Assembly: GCA_027317865.1 (NCBI GenBank)
Contig: DAHVQG010000001.1
Location: forward strand, 96,001-160,000
From: Bdellovibrionales bacterium
Lineage (GTDB): Bacteria > Bdellovibrionota > Bdellovibrionia > Bdellovibrionales > UBA1609
DNA length: 64,000 bases
Direction: 5' to 3'
Positions 38,128 through 49,215 of the stretch are shown here, in pieces; the stretch's first letter is position 1; each line of letters starts with the position of its first letter. Both the position numbers and the translations under genes were made by a program. Under the pieces are notes generated by a model. The model worked only from the letters and a program-made list of their open reading frames with translations. It searched no databases and had not been told where the DNA came from.

Positions 38128-38994
38128 ATGTATGCGATAATCGGTGGTTCGGGGTTTGAGAAGTTTGAACGCTTTCATGTTATCGAAGAGCTCCATGTTA
38201 ATACTCCGTTTGGCTTGCACTCGTCCGGCCTTAAACGCGTTCGTGTTGAATCGGGCACAAATAAAGAATCATACGAATGTTTGTTTCTTTCACGTCATGG
38301 TGAACGGCACGAACAACTGCCTTCAGAAGTGAATTTTCGCGCCAATATTTTTGCTTTAAAAAAGCTCGGGGCGCGGGCGGTCTTGTCATTTTCTGCCGTT
38401 GGTAGCCTTCGCAAAGAGTACAAACCGGGCGACATGGTTTTAGCGACACAATATATAGATCGCACTAAGGGCCAACGCGCACATACGTTTACCGGTGACG
38501 GGATCGTTGGTCACGTTTCGCTTGCCCATCCCGTGTGCACGCAGTCGGTCGAGTCTGTACGCCAACTTTCAAAGAAATACGATTTCGACTGCCACTTCGG
38601 CCAAACTTATGTGTGCATCGAGGGCCCATATTTTTCGACAAAATCCGAATCAAATTTTTATCGGCAAATGGGTGCGGACATAATTGGCATGACTCATTAT
38701 CCGGAATTTGCACTCGCGCGCGAGGCCGGTCTGACGTATATTCCGTGTTGTTTCGTGACAGATTACGACTGTTGGGACGAATCAATCGAACACGTTACTC
38801 TTCAAAGCGTGATCGAGGTCATGCGCAAGAATAACGGCAAAGCGTTTCAGATGACAGAAGATATTTTAGCAACAGGTGATGCATTTTACCGCGATTGCAA
38901 TTGTCGCGATCAGGGCCTCCGCGCCGGGCTCATGACTCCGAAAGAATCTATTTCAAGAGAAAAAATGGAGTGGCTCGAAGTTCTTCTAAGTTAG
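38128..38994 (+). CDS. mtnP: 5'-methylthioadenosine phosphorylase
   Basis: IIGGSG, RHG, EGPYFST, IGMT and VTDYDCW. Confidence 0.95.
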   Translation: MYAIIGGSGFEKFERFHVIEELHVNTPFGLHSSGLKRVRVESGTNKESYECLFLSRHGERHEQLPSEVNFRANIFALKKLGARAVLSFSAVGSLRKEYKPGDMVLATQYIDRTKGQRAHTFTGDGIVGHVSLAHPVCTQSVESVRQLSKKYDFDCHFGQTYVCIEGPYFSTKSESNFYRQMGADIIGMTHYPEFALAREAGLTYIPCCFVTDYDCWDESIEHVTLQSVIEVMRKNNGKAFQMTEDILATGDAFYRDCNCRDQGLRAGLMTPKESISREKMEWLEVLLS

Positions 38995-39002
38995 GGTCGA
39001 CC

Positions 39003-41837
39003 TCAATATTGATCCATCGTGGGGCAAGAGCACACGATATTGCGGTCCCCGTAAACATTGTCGACGCGTGCCACAGCCGGCCAAAATTTTCGCTCTCGAA
39101 CCCAAGATAGCGGGTAGACGGCAACTTCACGCGAATACGGATGCGTCCAGTTGTCGCTCGTTACATCGCGTAAGGTGTGTGGCGCATTTTTGAGCGGGTT
39201 ATCAGTTCGGCTCCATTTGCCATTTTCGATTGAACGAATTTCTTCGCATATCGCGATCATCGCATCACAAAATCGATCGAGTTCTTCTTTCGATTCGCTT
39301 TCAGTCGGTTCAATCATTAATGTCCCCGCAACCGGCCATGACATTGTGGGAGCATGAAAGCCGTAATCCATGAGTCGTTTGGCGATATCATCAACCGTAA
39401 TGTCGGCAGAGGTTTTAAATTGGCGGGCATCAATGATGCATTCGTGCGCAACCCAGCCCGATCGGCCACGATATAAAATCGGATAATAAGGAGCCAATCG
39501 TGCTGCTAAATAATTTGCATTTAATATCGCAACTTGTGTGGCCCTGGTTAAACCATCGCCGCCCATCATCGCCATGTAGGCCCAAGAAATCGGCAATATG
39601 TTGGCTGAACCAAACGGCGCAGCTGCGACGGCTTTAGGTAAAAATGGTCTAAGATGAGCGGCTACCGCGATGGGGCCGACGCCTGGTCCGCCGCCACCAT
39701 GTGGAATGCAAAATGTCTTGTGCAGGTTGAGATGGCAAACATCCGCGCCAAATTCTGAGGGGCGCGCAATACCAACTAAGGCATTGAAGTTTGCACCATC
39801 CATATAAACTTGCCCGCCGTTTTCATGGATGATCTTTGAAATATCTGCGATTGTTTCTTCAAATACGCCGTGAGTTGAAGGATATGTCACCATCAACGCG
39901 GCTAAATGATCTTTATTTTGCGATGCTTTCGTTCTTAAGTCATCCAAGTCGATGTTGCCGTTCTTATCGCAGGCAATGGGCATGACCCGGAATCCCGCCA
40001 TGACGGCGCTCGCCGGGTTTGTTCCGTGCGCGGATGTGGGTATCAAACAAAGATCGCGATGATCTCCGCGCGATTCGTGGTAGGCGCGAATGGCAAGTAA
40101 CCCCGAGTATTCCCCTTGCGAACCCGCATTGGGCTGAAGTGAAACGGCAGAAAATCCAGTCATTTGCATCAGCCAATTTTCAAGTTGATGAATGATCTCC
40201 ATGTACCCGCGGGTTTGCGATTCGGGGGCAAACGGATGCATACGACTCAGTTCTGGCCAAGTGATGGGTAACATCTCAGTGGCCGCATTGAGTTTCATAG
40301 TGCACGATCCAAGCGGTATCATGGACTGGTTCAGAGCGAGATCTTTATTCTCAAGCCTGTGAATATAGCGAAGCATTTCAGTTTCGGAGTGATATTTATT
40401 AAATATAGGATGGGTAAGAAACTTCGTCTCTCGATGTAAATTTGCGGGCCATTCAAAGTTTGTTCCGCCGTTCGTGCCGTCAACGCCGAGATCGCGAATT
40501 TTGTCGCGAAAAATCTCAATCAGTTCGCTTACGTCGTCGTCAGACGTCGTTTCGTCAATTGAAATTAAAATGTCTGTTGCGTGGTCCGGACCTAAAATTC
40601 GGCCGTCACCTAAATTGATTTGCTGGGCTTGAAACGACTGTAAAACAGATTGCACTTCGCGATTTGAGCGAAGTTTCAAGCATACGGTGTCAAAAAATCG
40701 GGCATGGCGAACTTTGAGGCCCATTTGAGCGAGCGCTGAAGCTAGTTTTTGGGCGCGACCATGAATGGTCTGGGCGATTGAGCGCAAACCGTCTTGGCCA
40801 TGATAGACTGCGTACATTGAGGCCATGACCGCAAGTAGGACTTGGGCGGTGCAGATATTGCTCGTGGCCTTCTCGCGGCGAATGTGTTGTTCACGTGTTT
40901 GCAAAGTTAAACGCAAAGCCGGTTGCCCCTGTGCATCTTTTGAGACCCCGATCAATCGGCCAGGCATAAGCCGTAAAAATTCATCTTGTGTAGCAATGTA
41001 TGCGGCATGTGGGCCGCCGAAGCCCATTGGCACACCGAATCGTTGTGTTGAACCGACGGCAATGTCGGCGCCCATTTCTCCAGGAGTTTTCATCAACGCA
41101 AGCGCCATAATATCAGCCGCTACAATGACGTGCGTCTGCGATTGATGGGCTGATTTGATCAACTCGGACCAATCCACAACTTCGCCGGTTGCCGTTGGCA
41201 TCTGGATATAAACAGCAAAACAAGACTCAAGATCATGGGGCGAAAATTTCTTCGCTGAGCCGGTGACAATTTCGATACCCAGCGGTCGGGCGCGCGTTTT
41301 TAAAACCGCAAGAGTTTGCGCAAAAACATCGTCATCAACCAAAAAACGCCGTTTTGCATTCTTCTTTTGCGAATGAAAACTTAGAGACATGGCCTCCGCA
41401 GCCGCGGTGGCTTCGTCGAGCAAAGACGCATTGGCTATCGGTAGCCCCGTCAGATCAGACACCATAGTTTGAAAATTGAGAAGTGCCTCCATTCTTCCTT
41501 GCGAAATCTCCGCCTGATAAGGTGTGTACGCGGTGTACCACCCCGGATTTTCTAAAATGTTTCGCAAAATCACGGTGGGTGTAACAGTGCCGTAATAACC
41601 CTGGCCGATGTAACTTTTAAAAACTTGATTGAAGCTTGCAATTGTACGGGCTTTATTTAAAAACTCGTATTCGCTCAGGCCCGGGCCGAGATCGAGTCGA
41701 AATGACGAACGGACCGCCTTTGGAACAGATTTTTCAATCAATTCATCTAACGAGCGAACGCTGAGTGCACCCAGCATCGCCTCAATGTCTTGGTTAGACG
41801 GTCCAATGTGGCGATCGACAAAGCGGGAACTTGCCAT
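39003..41837 (-). CDS. gcvP: Glycine dehydrogenase (decarboxylating)
   Basis: [24 protein letters not shown] and [18 protein letters not shown]. Confidence 0.98.
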   Translation of the reverse strand: MASSRFVDRHIGPSNQDIEAMLGALSVRSLDELIEKSVPKAVRSSFRLDLGPGLSEYEFLNKARTIASFNQVFKSYIGQGYYGTVTPTVILRNILENPGWYTAYTPYQAEISQGRMEALLNFQTMVSDLTGLPIANASLLDEATAAAEAMSLSFHSQKKNAKRRFLVDDDVFAQTLAVLKTRARPLGIEIVTGSAKKFSPHDLESCFAVYIQMPTATGEVVDWSELIKSAHQSQTHVIVAADIMALALMKTPGEMGADIAVGSTQRFGVPMGFGGPHAAYIATQDEFLRLMPGRLIGVSKDAQGQPALRLTLQTREQHIRREKATSNICTAQVLLAVMASMYAVYHGQDGLRSIAQTIHGRAQKLASALAQMGLKVRHARFFDTVCLKLRSNREVQSVLQSFQAQQINLGDGRILGPDHATDILISIDETTSDDDVSELIEIFRDKIRDLGVDGTNGGTNFEWPANLHRETKFLTHPIFNKYHSETEMLRYIHRLENKDLALNQSMIPLGSCTMKLNAATEMLPITWPELSRMHPFAPESQTRGYMEIIHQLENWLMQMTGFSAVSLQPNAGSQGEYSGLLAIRAYHESRGDHRDLCLIPTSAHGTNPASAVMAGFRVMPIACDKNGNIDLDDLRTKASQNKDHLAALMVTYPSTHGVFEETIADISKIIHENGGQVYMDGANFNALVGIARPSEFGADVCHLNLHKTFCIPHGGGGPGVGPIAVAAHLRPFLPKAVAAAPFGSANILPISWAYMAMMGGDGLTRATQVAILNANYLAARLAPYYPILYRGRSGWVAHECIIDARQFKTSADITVDDIAKRLMDYGFHAPTMSWPVAGTLMIEPTESESKEELDRFCDAMIAICEEIRSIENGKWSRTDNPLKNAPHTLRDVTSDNWTHPYSREVAVYPLSWVRERKFWPAVARVDNVYGDRNIVCSCPTMDQY

Positions 41838-41861
41838 GATTACGAGGTCCCCTTTTTGGGT

Positions 41862-42374
41862 TTATACGGTCACTTTTTTCGCACGCGACTTACTTTTTGA
41901 TTTTGTAGTTTTTTTTCTTTTCAAATTTTTCGTAAATTTCTGTGAGGCTTTGACAAGTGAACCGCGTTGTTTCGCAATTCGCGCCCGTATATCTTTCAAG
42001 TGCTTTTCGGCGTCTTGCCGGGTCTTTTTCAAAACGCGCAGACTTTTATTAAATTCGCGGTCGAATTGTTTTTGCGTGCGGGCCACAAGTTTCATGACCT
42101 CGTTGTACCGTTGCTCCAGTTTTTTTAGGCGCGCTTTTGCCAGCGGGCCCAAATGAGCATTAATATCGAAATTCTGAATTTCACTTTGAACTTCGTTCGC
42201 TATTTTTTGAATTTCAGATTTGAGTTCAGAAAAATTTTTAACTTTCAGCAATTCTTCAAATCTCATCATCCAACGGTTTTCTTCTTCAGTATCGATGGGT
42301 TCCGGTACTGTAGCGGTTGGCGGGGTATGAACGGATTCGGGAGTCGTTTCGGTCGGATTTTGATTTTGTTCCAT
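41862..42374 (-). CDS. Helical coiled-coil hypothetical with basic tail
   Basis: AAGGAG RBS before ATG 42374; Lys-rich C-terminus. Confidence 0.7.
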   Translation of the reverse strand: MEQNQNPTETTPESVHTPPTATVPEPIDTEEENRWMMRFEELLKVKNFSELKSEIQKIANEVQSEIQNFDINAHLGPLAKARLKKLEQRYNEVMKLVARTQKQFDREFNKSLRVLKKTRQDAEKHLKDIRARIAKQRGSLVKASQKFTKNLKRKKTTKSKSKSRAKKVTV

Positions 42375-42507
42375 AGAGTAACTCCTTATGTCGAGCAAGT
42401 TATTTGGAATTTCAAGAAAGTTGAGTGCAATGTCAAATAGCGGTTTGACTTTTAACAGAAGAAAATTAAAAACGCATCATGTCAGAATTCATAGCGGATA
42501 ATTTATA

Positions 42508-43779
42508 ATGAGCACAGCATCTAAACAGTATCCGGCGTGCCCCAAAGGTGTTTACTCCCTACGTCGTTTTTTAACTGCTGTCGAATCGGATGCCTGGCCG
42601 AGCAATGATGCTCGCGTAACAGTAGGCGGCCGCTTGGCCATACCATTTTTGGCGGATGAGGGCGGTCGAATTGAACTTCCGCGGGAATTTTTTGAAAGCG
42701 GCCAAGCTGAAAACGATGAGCTCTGGTGCGTGAGTTTTTTGATGAGCGACTTTGATCCACAGTTAAGGGCCGTTCGGCGCGTAGTTGAGTCACAATGTCT
42801 CACGAAGTCGATTCGCGAAGTCACATGGAGTAGGCCTAAATCTCAAAACATTTTGGCCTGGGGGCCGTTTGTCGACGGAATTAAAGATCACTTGCGCAAT
42901 TTGGGACTTCAAGAAATTACGACTCCCACCGTCGTGCAAAATCCCGGCATGGAGCCAGAACTCGAACCCTTTTGCATTACAACGAACACGCGGCCGCAAG
43001 CGGATCGTTCGCGCCCGCTTTTTCTTGCCACAAGCCCGGAGCTTCATATCAAACAGCTTTTGGCACTTGGTTATACCGATGTATTCGAAATTAAAACAGT
43101 TTATCGCAAAGAAGAGTTAACTCCATTGCATGAGCCCGAGTTTCACATGCTGGAATGGTATCGCGGGTATGCCGATCTTGATTTGATTATTGACGATTTG
43201 ACGTCCCTTCTGGGAAATGTGGCAAACATAAACGAGAATGAAATTAAGCACACGACGATTCGTGAACTTTTTCGTGTTACGGGATTTGAATTAAAACCTA
43301 ATAGCAGCGCTCAAGAGCTTTTTGATTTGGCAAAGCGGCTGGAGCTTCATCCGAACGAGCGCATGGACTGGAATGATCTATTTCATCTTATTTGGGTCAC
43401 AAAGGTTGAACCAAGGTTGCCAAAGGACCCCCTTTTTGTGCGCGATTACCCGCCTTCGCAAGCGGCGCTGGCGCGAAAAAACGCATCGGGTTGGGCCGAC
43501 CGGCTCGAGTTTTACTGGCAGGGTGTCGAAATTGCCAACGCGTTTCACGAACTCAATGACCCGAACGAGCAACGTCTACGCTTTTTGAGTGATCAAAAGA
43601 AACGCATAGAATACGGACGTACTCCTTTAGAGATAGATGAAAATTTTATGCAATCGCTGGAGTTTGGTATGCCACCGTCGGGCGGAATTGCATTAGGTGT
43701 CGATCGACTTTTTATGCTTGTACAAGACGCGCCAAATTTACAATCGGTACGGGCTTTTGGGTGGAAGCATCAACTTTGA
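42508..43779 (+). CDS. epmA: EF-P lysine aminoacylase with N-terminal extension
   Basis: LATSPELHIK, HEPEFHMLEWY, EIANAFHELND and GIALGVDRL. Confidence 0.9.
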   Translation: MSTASKQYPACPKGVYSLRRFLTAVESDAWPSNDARVTVGGRLAIPFLADEGGRIELPREFFESGQAENDELWCVSFLMSDFDPQLRAVRRVVESQCLTKSIREVTWSRPKSQNILAWGPFVDGIKDHLRNLGLQEITTPTVVQNPGMEPELEPFCITTNTRPQADRSRPLFLATSPELHIKQLLALGYTDVFEIKTVYRKEELTPLHEPEFHMLEWYRGYADLDLIIDDLTSLLGNVANINENEIKHTTIRELFRVTGFELKPNSSAQELFDLAKRLELHPNERMDWNDLFHLIWVTKVEPRLPKDPLFVRDYPPSQAALARKNASGWADRLEFYWQGVEIANAFHELNDPNEQRLRFLSDQKKRIEYGRTPLEIDENFMQSLEFGMPPSGGIALGVDRLFMLVQDAPNLQSVRAFGWKHQL

Positions 43780-44054
43780 CCGCGGTTGATATCTTCGCGA
43801 AGTTCTTTGCCCACTTTGAAAAACGGCAATTTTTTCTGTTCAACTTCGATGATTTCGCCTGTTCGCGGATTTCGACCTTGGTAAGCGTCGTATTCACGAT
43901 TAACAAAAGAACCGAATCCGCGAATTTCAATTCGATCGTCGCGCAATAAAGCTTCGGTAAGCGAGTCAAATATCGTATTCACGACCGTTTCAGCTTTGAC
44001 CCGCGTTATGTGCGCTTTTTCTGAAATGACATTGATGAGATCGGCTTTGGTCAT
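43770..44054 (-). CDS. Integration host factor beta / HU family protein
   Basis: MTKADLI, IEIRGFGSF and GRNPRTGE. Confidence 0.95.
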   Translation of the reverse strand: MTKADLINVISEKAHITRVKAETVVNTIFDSLTEALLRDDRIEIRGFGSFVNREYDAYQGRNPRTGEIIEVEQKKLPFFKVGKELREDINRGQS

Positions 44055-44103
44055 TCGTGTACCCTTTTAAGATATTGAATTCACTCAAATTGTAGAGCAA
44101 CAA

Positions 44104-45375
44104 CTAATTGGCTTTCGCCAGTCTGCGCCAAAAAGGCCGACTCTGGACCAGTTGAAAATACGCGTTCAGTAAAAGCTCCACCATCTTTTCCGGATTAAAC
44201 AGATCCAGCACTTTTTGGTGGGCCTGTTGGCCGATTTCAGCCAGCGGCAGTTCACCGTTGAGTAAGCTCGTAATTAGATTTGAAAGGCTTACGACGTCAG
44301 CCGGCCGCACTAAAAACCCATTTTTTCTATCTTCGATAATCGTAGAAATGGGGCTAAGTTCAGAGCCGATGACAATTTTCTTCTGCGCCATGGCCTCAAG
44401 CATTGTGGGCTCAAAGCCAGAAGTGCGTGAGCTAAGGTTGACATATATATCGGATAGGGCCACGGCATCGGTGATTTCTTCGGCCGAAAGTGCGCCTGTA
44501 AATACGGTTTTATTGCCGAGCACAAGATTCAAAGTTTCGAACTCAATGCGATCGCGCAGTGGCCCGTTTCCGATCACTATAAGCCGCGTATTTGGCTTCT
44601 TGATGACAACTGCTTGAAATGCCCGCAGCAAGTTAACGATTTCGGTCAATTCAGTCATATCCGTTTGTGTGACAACAACATGGGCATTGGCTGGGATTTC
44701 TAATTTTTGTCGAAGCGCTTCGGATTTTTCACGCAATACAGTTTCAAAATAATCGAGCCCGTATGGCACGACGAAAGTCTTAAGGTCGGGGTACATATAG
44801 TATCTCTCAAGTACTATTTTTTGTTGAGGAGTGGCGACAAACACGCCGTCGGCTGTCTTGAGAATCGCCCGATCGCCTCCGTAATAAGTGGTCAGAAATT
44901 TATAAGATACCGCAACGGCAGTCGTGAGAAGGCCACTGATTGTTTCTTTGGCCATGCCGAAGATTGAAAAAAGTTGGGCCATTTGCGTTGCTGACACATC
45001 GTAAGCCATTATGATTTTTAACCGCCTGCGCTCGCGAGCGATCAGAAATCCAGATTCATCAAGGCTATGCACAATATGAAACGGTTTTGAAGTATGGAGA
45101 TCTAAAAATTTGCGATAAGCCAGCTGCGGAAATTGTCGAAGCGTGGCGCCTTTACGCTCCCCCAAAAAAAAGGCCCGCACATGATCAGTTTGGATTTCGG
45201 CTTTACCGCGTGGATTTTGCCAAGACAATACTGTGACTTCGTGACCCTGTTTGGCAAGCCCGCGCGCTACCGGCCAAAGATAATTTTCATCTGATCCACG
45301 TCCAGGATAAGGAAATTTCTTTGTAATCAAGCAAACATTGAGCTTATCAGGTACGTACGGGCGAATAATACTCAT
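44104..45375 (-). CDS. Glycosyltransferase family 4
   Basis: GT-B features: IGNGP, GFEPTMLEAMA and NGFLV. Confidence 0.85.
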   Translation of the reverse strand: MSIIRPYVPDKLNVCLITKKFPYPGRGSDENYLWPVARGLAKQGHEVTVLSWQNPRGKAEIQTDHVRAFFLGERKGATLRQFPQLAYRKFLDLHTSKPFHIVHSLDESGFLIARERRRLKIIMAYDVSATQMAQLFSIFGMAKETISGLLTTAVAVSYKFLTTYYGGDRAILKTADGVFVATPQQKIVLERYYMYPDLKTFVVPYGLDYFETVLREKSEALRQKLEIPANAHVVVTQTDMTELTEIVNLLRAFQAVVIKKPNTRLIVIGNGPLRDRIEFETLNLVLGNKTVFTGALSAEEITDAVALSDIYVNLSSRTSGFEPTMLEAMAQKKIVIGSELSPISTIIEDRKNGFLVRPADVVSLSNLITSLLNGELPLAEIGQQAHQKVLDLFNPEKMVELLLNAYFQLVQSRPFWRRLAKAN

Positions 45376-45421
45376 TAGGTTCGCGAATTAGCTTTCATTT
45401 AGCTAACTCCTCCTCGCTCGA

Positions 45422-45868
45422 TTATTTCAAAAGGGCAATGATTCTGTCGAGCACATTTCGATTGGCGTCGGGGAGAGCTGCAGTTTTCAGTTCATCGGCG
45501 GTAAACCACTTGAGTTCCGAGTGATGTTGAGTCTGCGGCTGACCGCTCCAATATTTCACTTCGAAGAAAAGAAGCAATACGCCGACGTCATTGTAGTTAT
45601 GGCAAGTAGCAAATTTTAGCGCGCCGACTTGAGCTTCGATACCAAGTTCTTCTTGAAGTTCACGGGCGAGTGCTTGTTCTGGAGATTCCCCCATCTCGAT
45701 TTTGCCGCCGGGGAATTCCCATAGTCCGGCAAGGCTGCCACCTTCGGGCCGTCGTCCGAGCAACACAAGATTTTCGCGGCGGATGATGCCCGCGACAACG
45801 GGCAGCCACGTCGGTCTATTGGGTTTGTCGCGCTTGATAAGACACCTCGTGAAAAAACGTAGGCCCAT
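45422..45868 (-). CDS. mutT: MutT-like NUDIX hydrolase (start uncertain)
   Basis: WEFPGGKIEMGESPEQALARELQEELG Nudix box. Confidence 0.88.
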   Translation of the reverse strand: MGLRFFTRCLIKRDKPNRPTWLPVVAGIIRRENLVLLGRRPEGGSLAGLWEFPGGKIEMGESPEQALARELQEELGIEAQVGALKFATCHNYNDVGVLLLFFEVKYWSGQPQTQHHSELKWFTADELKTAALPDANRNVLDRIIALLK

Positions 45869-46796
45869 TAAACACGAGAGCGGTGTAAATCTGTACCAGT
45901 TGTGCGCCAAGGCGAAGCCGTTCAAATACATCTTCGGCCGACATGACACCGCCAACAGAAACGATGAGTTTATCCTGACGTTGATCACCCAAATGGCTAT
46001 TGGCAATTTTGAGCATTTCGATGGCGCGGGCGGCTAACGGACGGCCCGACACCCCGCCATCGGGTGGATAGAGTTTTTTCGTCAGATCATTTCTTTCTAG
46101 CGTCGTGTTGGTTAAAACCCAGCCCGAGATTCCGAGCGCAGCTGAAATATCGAGGCACGACCGCAGTTCGTCGTCGGTAACATCAGGACTTAATTTCAGT
46201 AAAACGGGGATATTTTGAGCGGCCGCTATGACGGGCCGAAGAAATTCTTGAAGTCTTACGGGGTGAAGTAGTTCGCGAAGGCCCTTTGTGTTTGGGCTAC
46301 TGATATTAATAACAAACACGTCGGCAACAGAAGCGAATTTTTCAATCAGTTGGATATAATCTTCGTGAGCACGAGGCAAAGCCGTGTCGCGATTTTTGCC
46401 GATATTTACAAAAATCGGTGTCGGGCACGGGCGCTTGATTTGCAAAATTCGTTGCAATATTTTTTCGCCACCGTCATTTGGAAAGCCCAGGTGATTCCAA
46501 ACCGACTCGGTTTGGACATCGCGGTCAAAACATTTACCGGGATTGGCCTTTTGCGGTTTTGGTGTAACGGTTCCAATTTCTAAAAAGCCGGGGCCAAGCG
46601 ACCAGAGTCCGCGCATGAGAAGAGCGTTTTTGTCGAGCCCACCAGCCACTCCTAAAGGGTTCGCGAAGTGCAAACCTCGCCAGGTAAATGATTGCCAGCT
46701 TTCAATTTTCGAAGATTTAAATGCGCCTATGAATCGCAACGTGCCATGGCCAAGCGAATGGGCCATGGCAGGCGGCAACCACAACCATGGGCGCAA
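45816..46796 (-). CDS. pyrD: Dihydroorotate dehydrogenase (quinone)
   Basis: AGGLDKN, NISSPNT, KLSPD, TNTT and GGVSG. Confidence 0.95.
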   Translation of the reverse strand: MRPWLWLPPAMAHSLGHGTLRFIGAFKSSKIESWQSFTWRGLHFANPLGVAGGLDKNALLMRGLWSLGPGFLEIGTVTPKPQKANPGKCFDRDVQTESVWNHLGFPNDGGEKILQRILQIKRPCPTPIFVNIGKNRDTALPRAHEDYIQLIEKFASVADVFVINISSPNTKGLRELLHPVRLQEFLRPVIAAAQNIPVLLKLSPDVTDDELRSCLDISAALGISGWVLTNTTLERNDLTKKLYPPDGGVSGRPLAARAIEMLKIANSHLGDQRQDKLIVSVGGVMSAEDVFERLRLGAQLVQIYTALVFNGPTFFHEVSYQARQTQ

Positions 46797-48056
46797 TTAA
46801 ATTTGACCCCGAAGTTTAAGTGCGGCTTCTAGGCGGATTAATGAAACCGACATCGCCGAGGTGCGCATATCGACATGGTTTTGTTTTGAAAACTCCCAAA
46901 CCTTATCGAATGAACGATACATGACGGTACGGAGTTTTTCGCGCACTTGTGTTTCATCCCAAAAGAGCCAGCTGATGTCTTGTACCCATTCGAAGTAGCT
47001 CACCACAACGCCGCCGCCATTGGCGAGAATGTCGGGTATAATAAGACATTTTTTAGCATTTAAAATTTCGTTGGCATTTGCGGTGACCGGGCCATTCGCG
47101 CCTTCGACGATGATTTTAGCTTTTACGCGATCGGCATTGTTGGAATTGATCGTGCCGTCGAGAGCACACGGGGCTAAAACCTCGGCGTCGAGAGCAAGTA
47201 AATCTTCATTCGATATAACTTTGCCGCCGTGGTATCCGCTTAAAGTCATTTTCGAATCGTAATGTTCGGCCAATTCCGGAATATTGAGACCCTCTGGATT
47301 GTAAAGCGCATTGTTGACATCACTTACAGCGACCACTCGTGCTCCAAGATGATGCGCTTCAAGAGCCGCGTGTTTACCGACTTTACCGAAACCTTGTACG
47401 GCAAGTGTTGTGCCTTTGATTTTCTTCGAGAGCTTTTCAAGCACTTTTTCAATAATGTAAACGACGCCTAATCCTGTTGCCGCGTCTCGACCTGCGGAGC
47501 CCCCGATTTCGAGTGGCTTACCCGTAACGACACCGGTTTGTGAAAAACCGCTTTCAAGGGAGTATTGATCGAGCATCCAGGCCATAGTTTGTGAACTTGT
47601 CCCCACATCAGGAGCGGGGATGTCGCGATCGGGGCCGATCCACGGCGCAATTTCAGACGTATATCGACGAGTCAATTGCTCGGCCTCACGTGCTGAAATT
47701 TGAGTGGGATCAACGCAAATGCCGCCTTTGGCTCCGCCAAGTGGCAAATTAAGAAGTGAATTTTTAAATGTCATTAGAGATGCTAGTGCCGCGACTTCAC
47801 TTAGTGTGACCGACTGGTGATAACGAATTCCACCTTTAAATGGTCCGAGTACGTGATTATGTTGCACGCGATAACCTGAAAAAACTCGAAATGAACCGTC
47901 GTCCATACGAACAGGTACGCTGACAACAATGGCACGGCGAGGTGATTTGAGGCGTTCTAAAGCCGCCGGGCTGAGTTTAATTATTTGAGCGGAATGCTCC
48001 ATGTTGCGGATCGTGTTTTTAAATAACGAAGATTCGGATATGCCTTCCATTTCCAT
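46797..48056 (-). CDS. gdhA: Glu/Leu/Phe/Val (glutamate) dehydrogenase
   Basis: GPFKGGIRYH, GGAKGG, DIPAPDV and EGANGP. Confidence 0.93.
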   Translation of the reverse strand: MEMEGISESSLFKNTIRNMEHSAQIIKLSPAALERLKSPRRAIVVSVPVRMDDGSFRVFSGYRVQHNHVLGPFKGGIRYHQSVTLSEVAALASLMTFKNSLLNLPLGGAKGGICVDPTQISAREAEQLTRRYTSEIAPWIGPDRDIPAPDVGTSSQTMAWMLDQYSLESGFSQTGVVTGKPLEIGGSAGRDAATGLGVVYIIEKVLEKLSKKIKGTTLAVQGFGKVGKHAALEAHHLGARVVAVSDVNNALYNPEGLNIPELAEHYDSKMTLSGYHGGKVISNEDLLALDAEVLAPCALDGTINSNNADRVKAKIIVEGANGPVTANANEILNAKKCLIIPDILANGGGVVVSYFEWVQDISWLFWDETQVREKLRTVMYRSFDKVWEFSKQNHVDMRTSAMSVSLIRLEAALKLRGQI

Positions 48057-48169
48057 AAACTAAGACTCCTTTAATCGTGAATTCAGAGTAAAGGCGCAAA
48101 AATGGAAAAATTCAATACCTGGTGGCGAAGCGTTAGACTTTAATCAGGAGCTCTGTTAAGACTGCCGGG

Positions 48170-49210
48170 ATGAGACAATTGACGCGAGAAGAGTTGAACA
48201 ATAGCAAGCGCACAGTGCGTGACAACTTGGGGCGAATCGAGGGCAAAAAGGTCCTGGTTATAGGCGACGTGGGCTTGGATGAGTACTTGATGGGCGACGT
48301 GCGGCGAATTAGCCCGGAAGCGCCTGTTCCCGTGGTTGAAATTCGAAATCGCGAATATCGTTTGGGCCTCGCGGCAAACGTTGCGCAAAACATACACTCA
48401 CTTGGCGGGATCGGTCTTATGGTTGGCGTTGTCGGTAACGACACAGCCGCAAAGGATTTTGGGACAATACTTAAAAAATACGGCGTCTCGGACCAAAATT
48501 TAATTGTCGACGATGGGCGCCCAACGACCCATAAGGTCCGTCTAATGTCGGGGCAGCACCATGTTGTGCGGTTTGATTTTGAAGAAACTAAATTTTTGCC
48601 GTCGTCTCTTGAAAAATCGGTAGTTGAAAAATTTCGGTCGTTATTAGAGGGCAGTGTAGGCGTGGTATTGCAAGACTACGGCAAGGGAGTTTTAAGCGAA
48701 AATCTCTGTCAGACTTTGATTCGCGTGACCCACGAACAAAACAAAAAAGTTGTTGTAGACCCGCATCGCACGACTCCTATTCGGTACTACCGTGGCGCCG
48801 ATGTCTTGAAACCGAATCGCGAAGAGGCCTATCTGCTTTCGGGCTTGAACCTCGATGATTTACGTGATCATCCCAATTCTCTAATTGACGTGGGGCAAGC
48901 GATTCAAGAGCAGACCGGGTGCTCGCACCTGATCGTAACTCAAGGCCAAAATGGCGTAACGTTATTTTCGCGAGAAAAAACGGCAGCTCATGAATCGAAC
49001 GGCGCCACTTCAATTCCGACTGACGCGCGACAGGTGTTCGACGTTACCGGAGCCGGCGACACCTATTTGGCGGCGTTTAGTCTGGCTTGGTTCAGTGGAT
49101 TGTCGCTTGAAACGGCGGCAATTATGGCCAATGCAGCTGCTGGTGTTGTGGTCGGCAAAATTGGCTGTGTGCCCTGTAGCCAAGAAGAGCTTCGTGAGGC
49201 GCTCGAATAA
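48170..49210 (+). CDS. rfaE1: Heptose-7-phosphate kinase (RfaE/HldE domain I)
   Basis: RISPEAPVPV, DYGKG and FDVTGAGD. Confidence 0.93.
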   Translation: MRQLTREELNNSKRTVRDNLGRIEGKKVLVIGDVGLDEYLMGDVRRISPEAPVPVVEIRNREYRLGLAANVAQNIHSLGGIGLMVGVVGNDTAAKDFGTILKKYGVSDQNLIVDDGRPTTHKVRLMSGQHHVVRFDFEETKFLPSSLEKSVVEKFRSLLEGSVGVVLQDYGKGVLSENLCQTLIRVTHEQNKKVVVDPHRTTPIRYYRGADVLKPNREEAYLLSGLNLDDLRDHPNSLIDVGQAIQEQTGCSHLIVTQGQNGVTLFSREKTAAHESNGATSIPTDARQVFDVTGAGDTYLAAFSLAWFSGLSLETAAIMANAAAGVVVGKIGCVPCSQEELREALE

Positions 49211-49215
49211 TTTTT

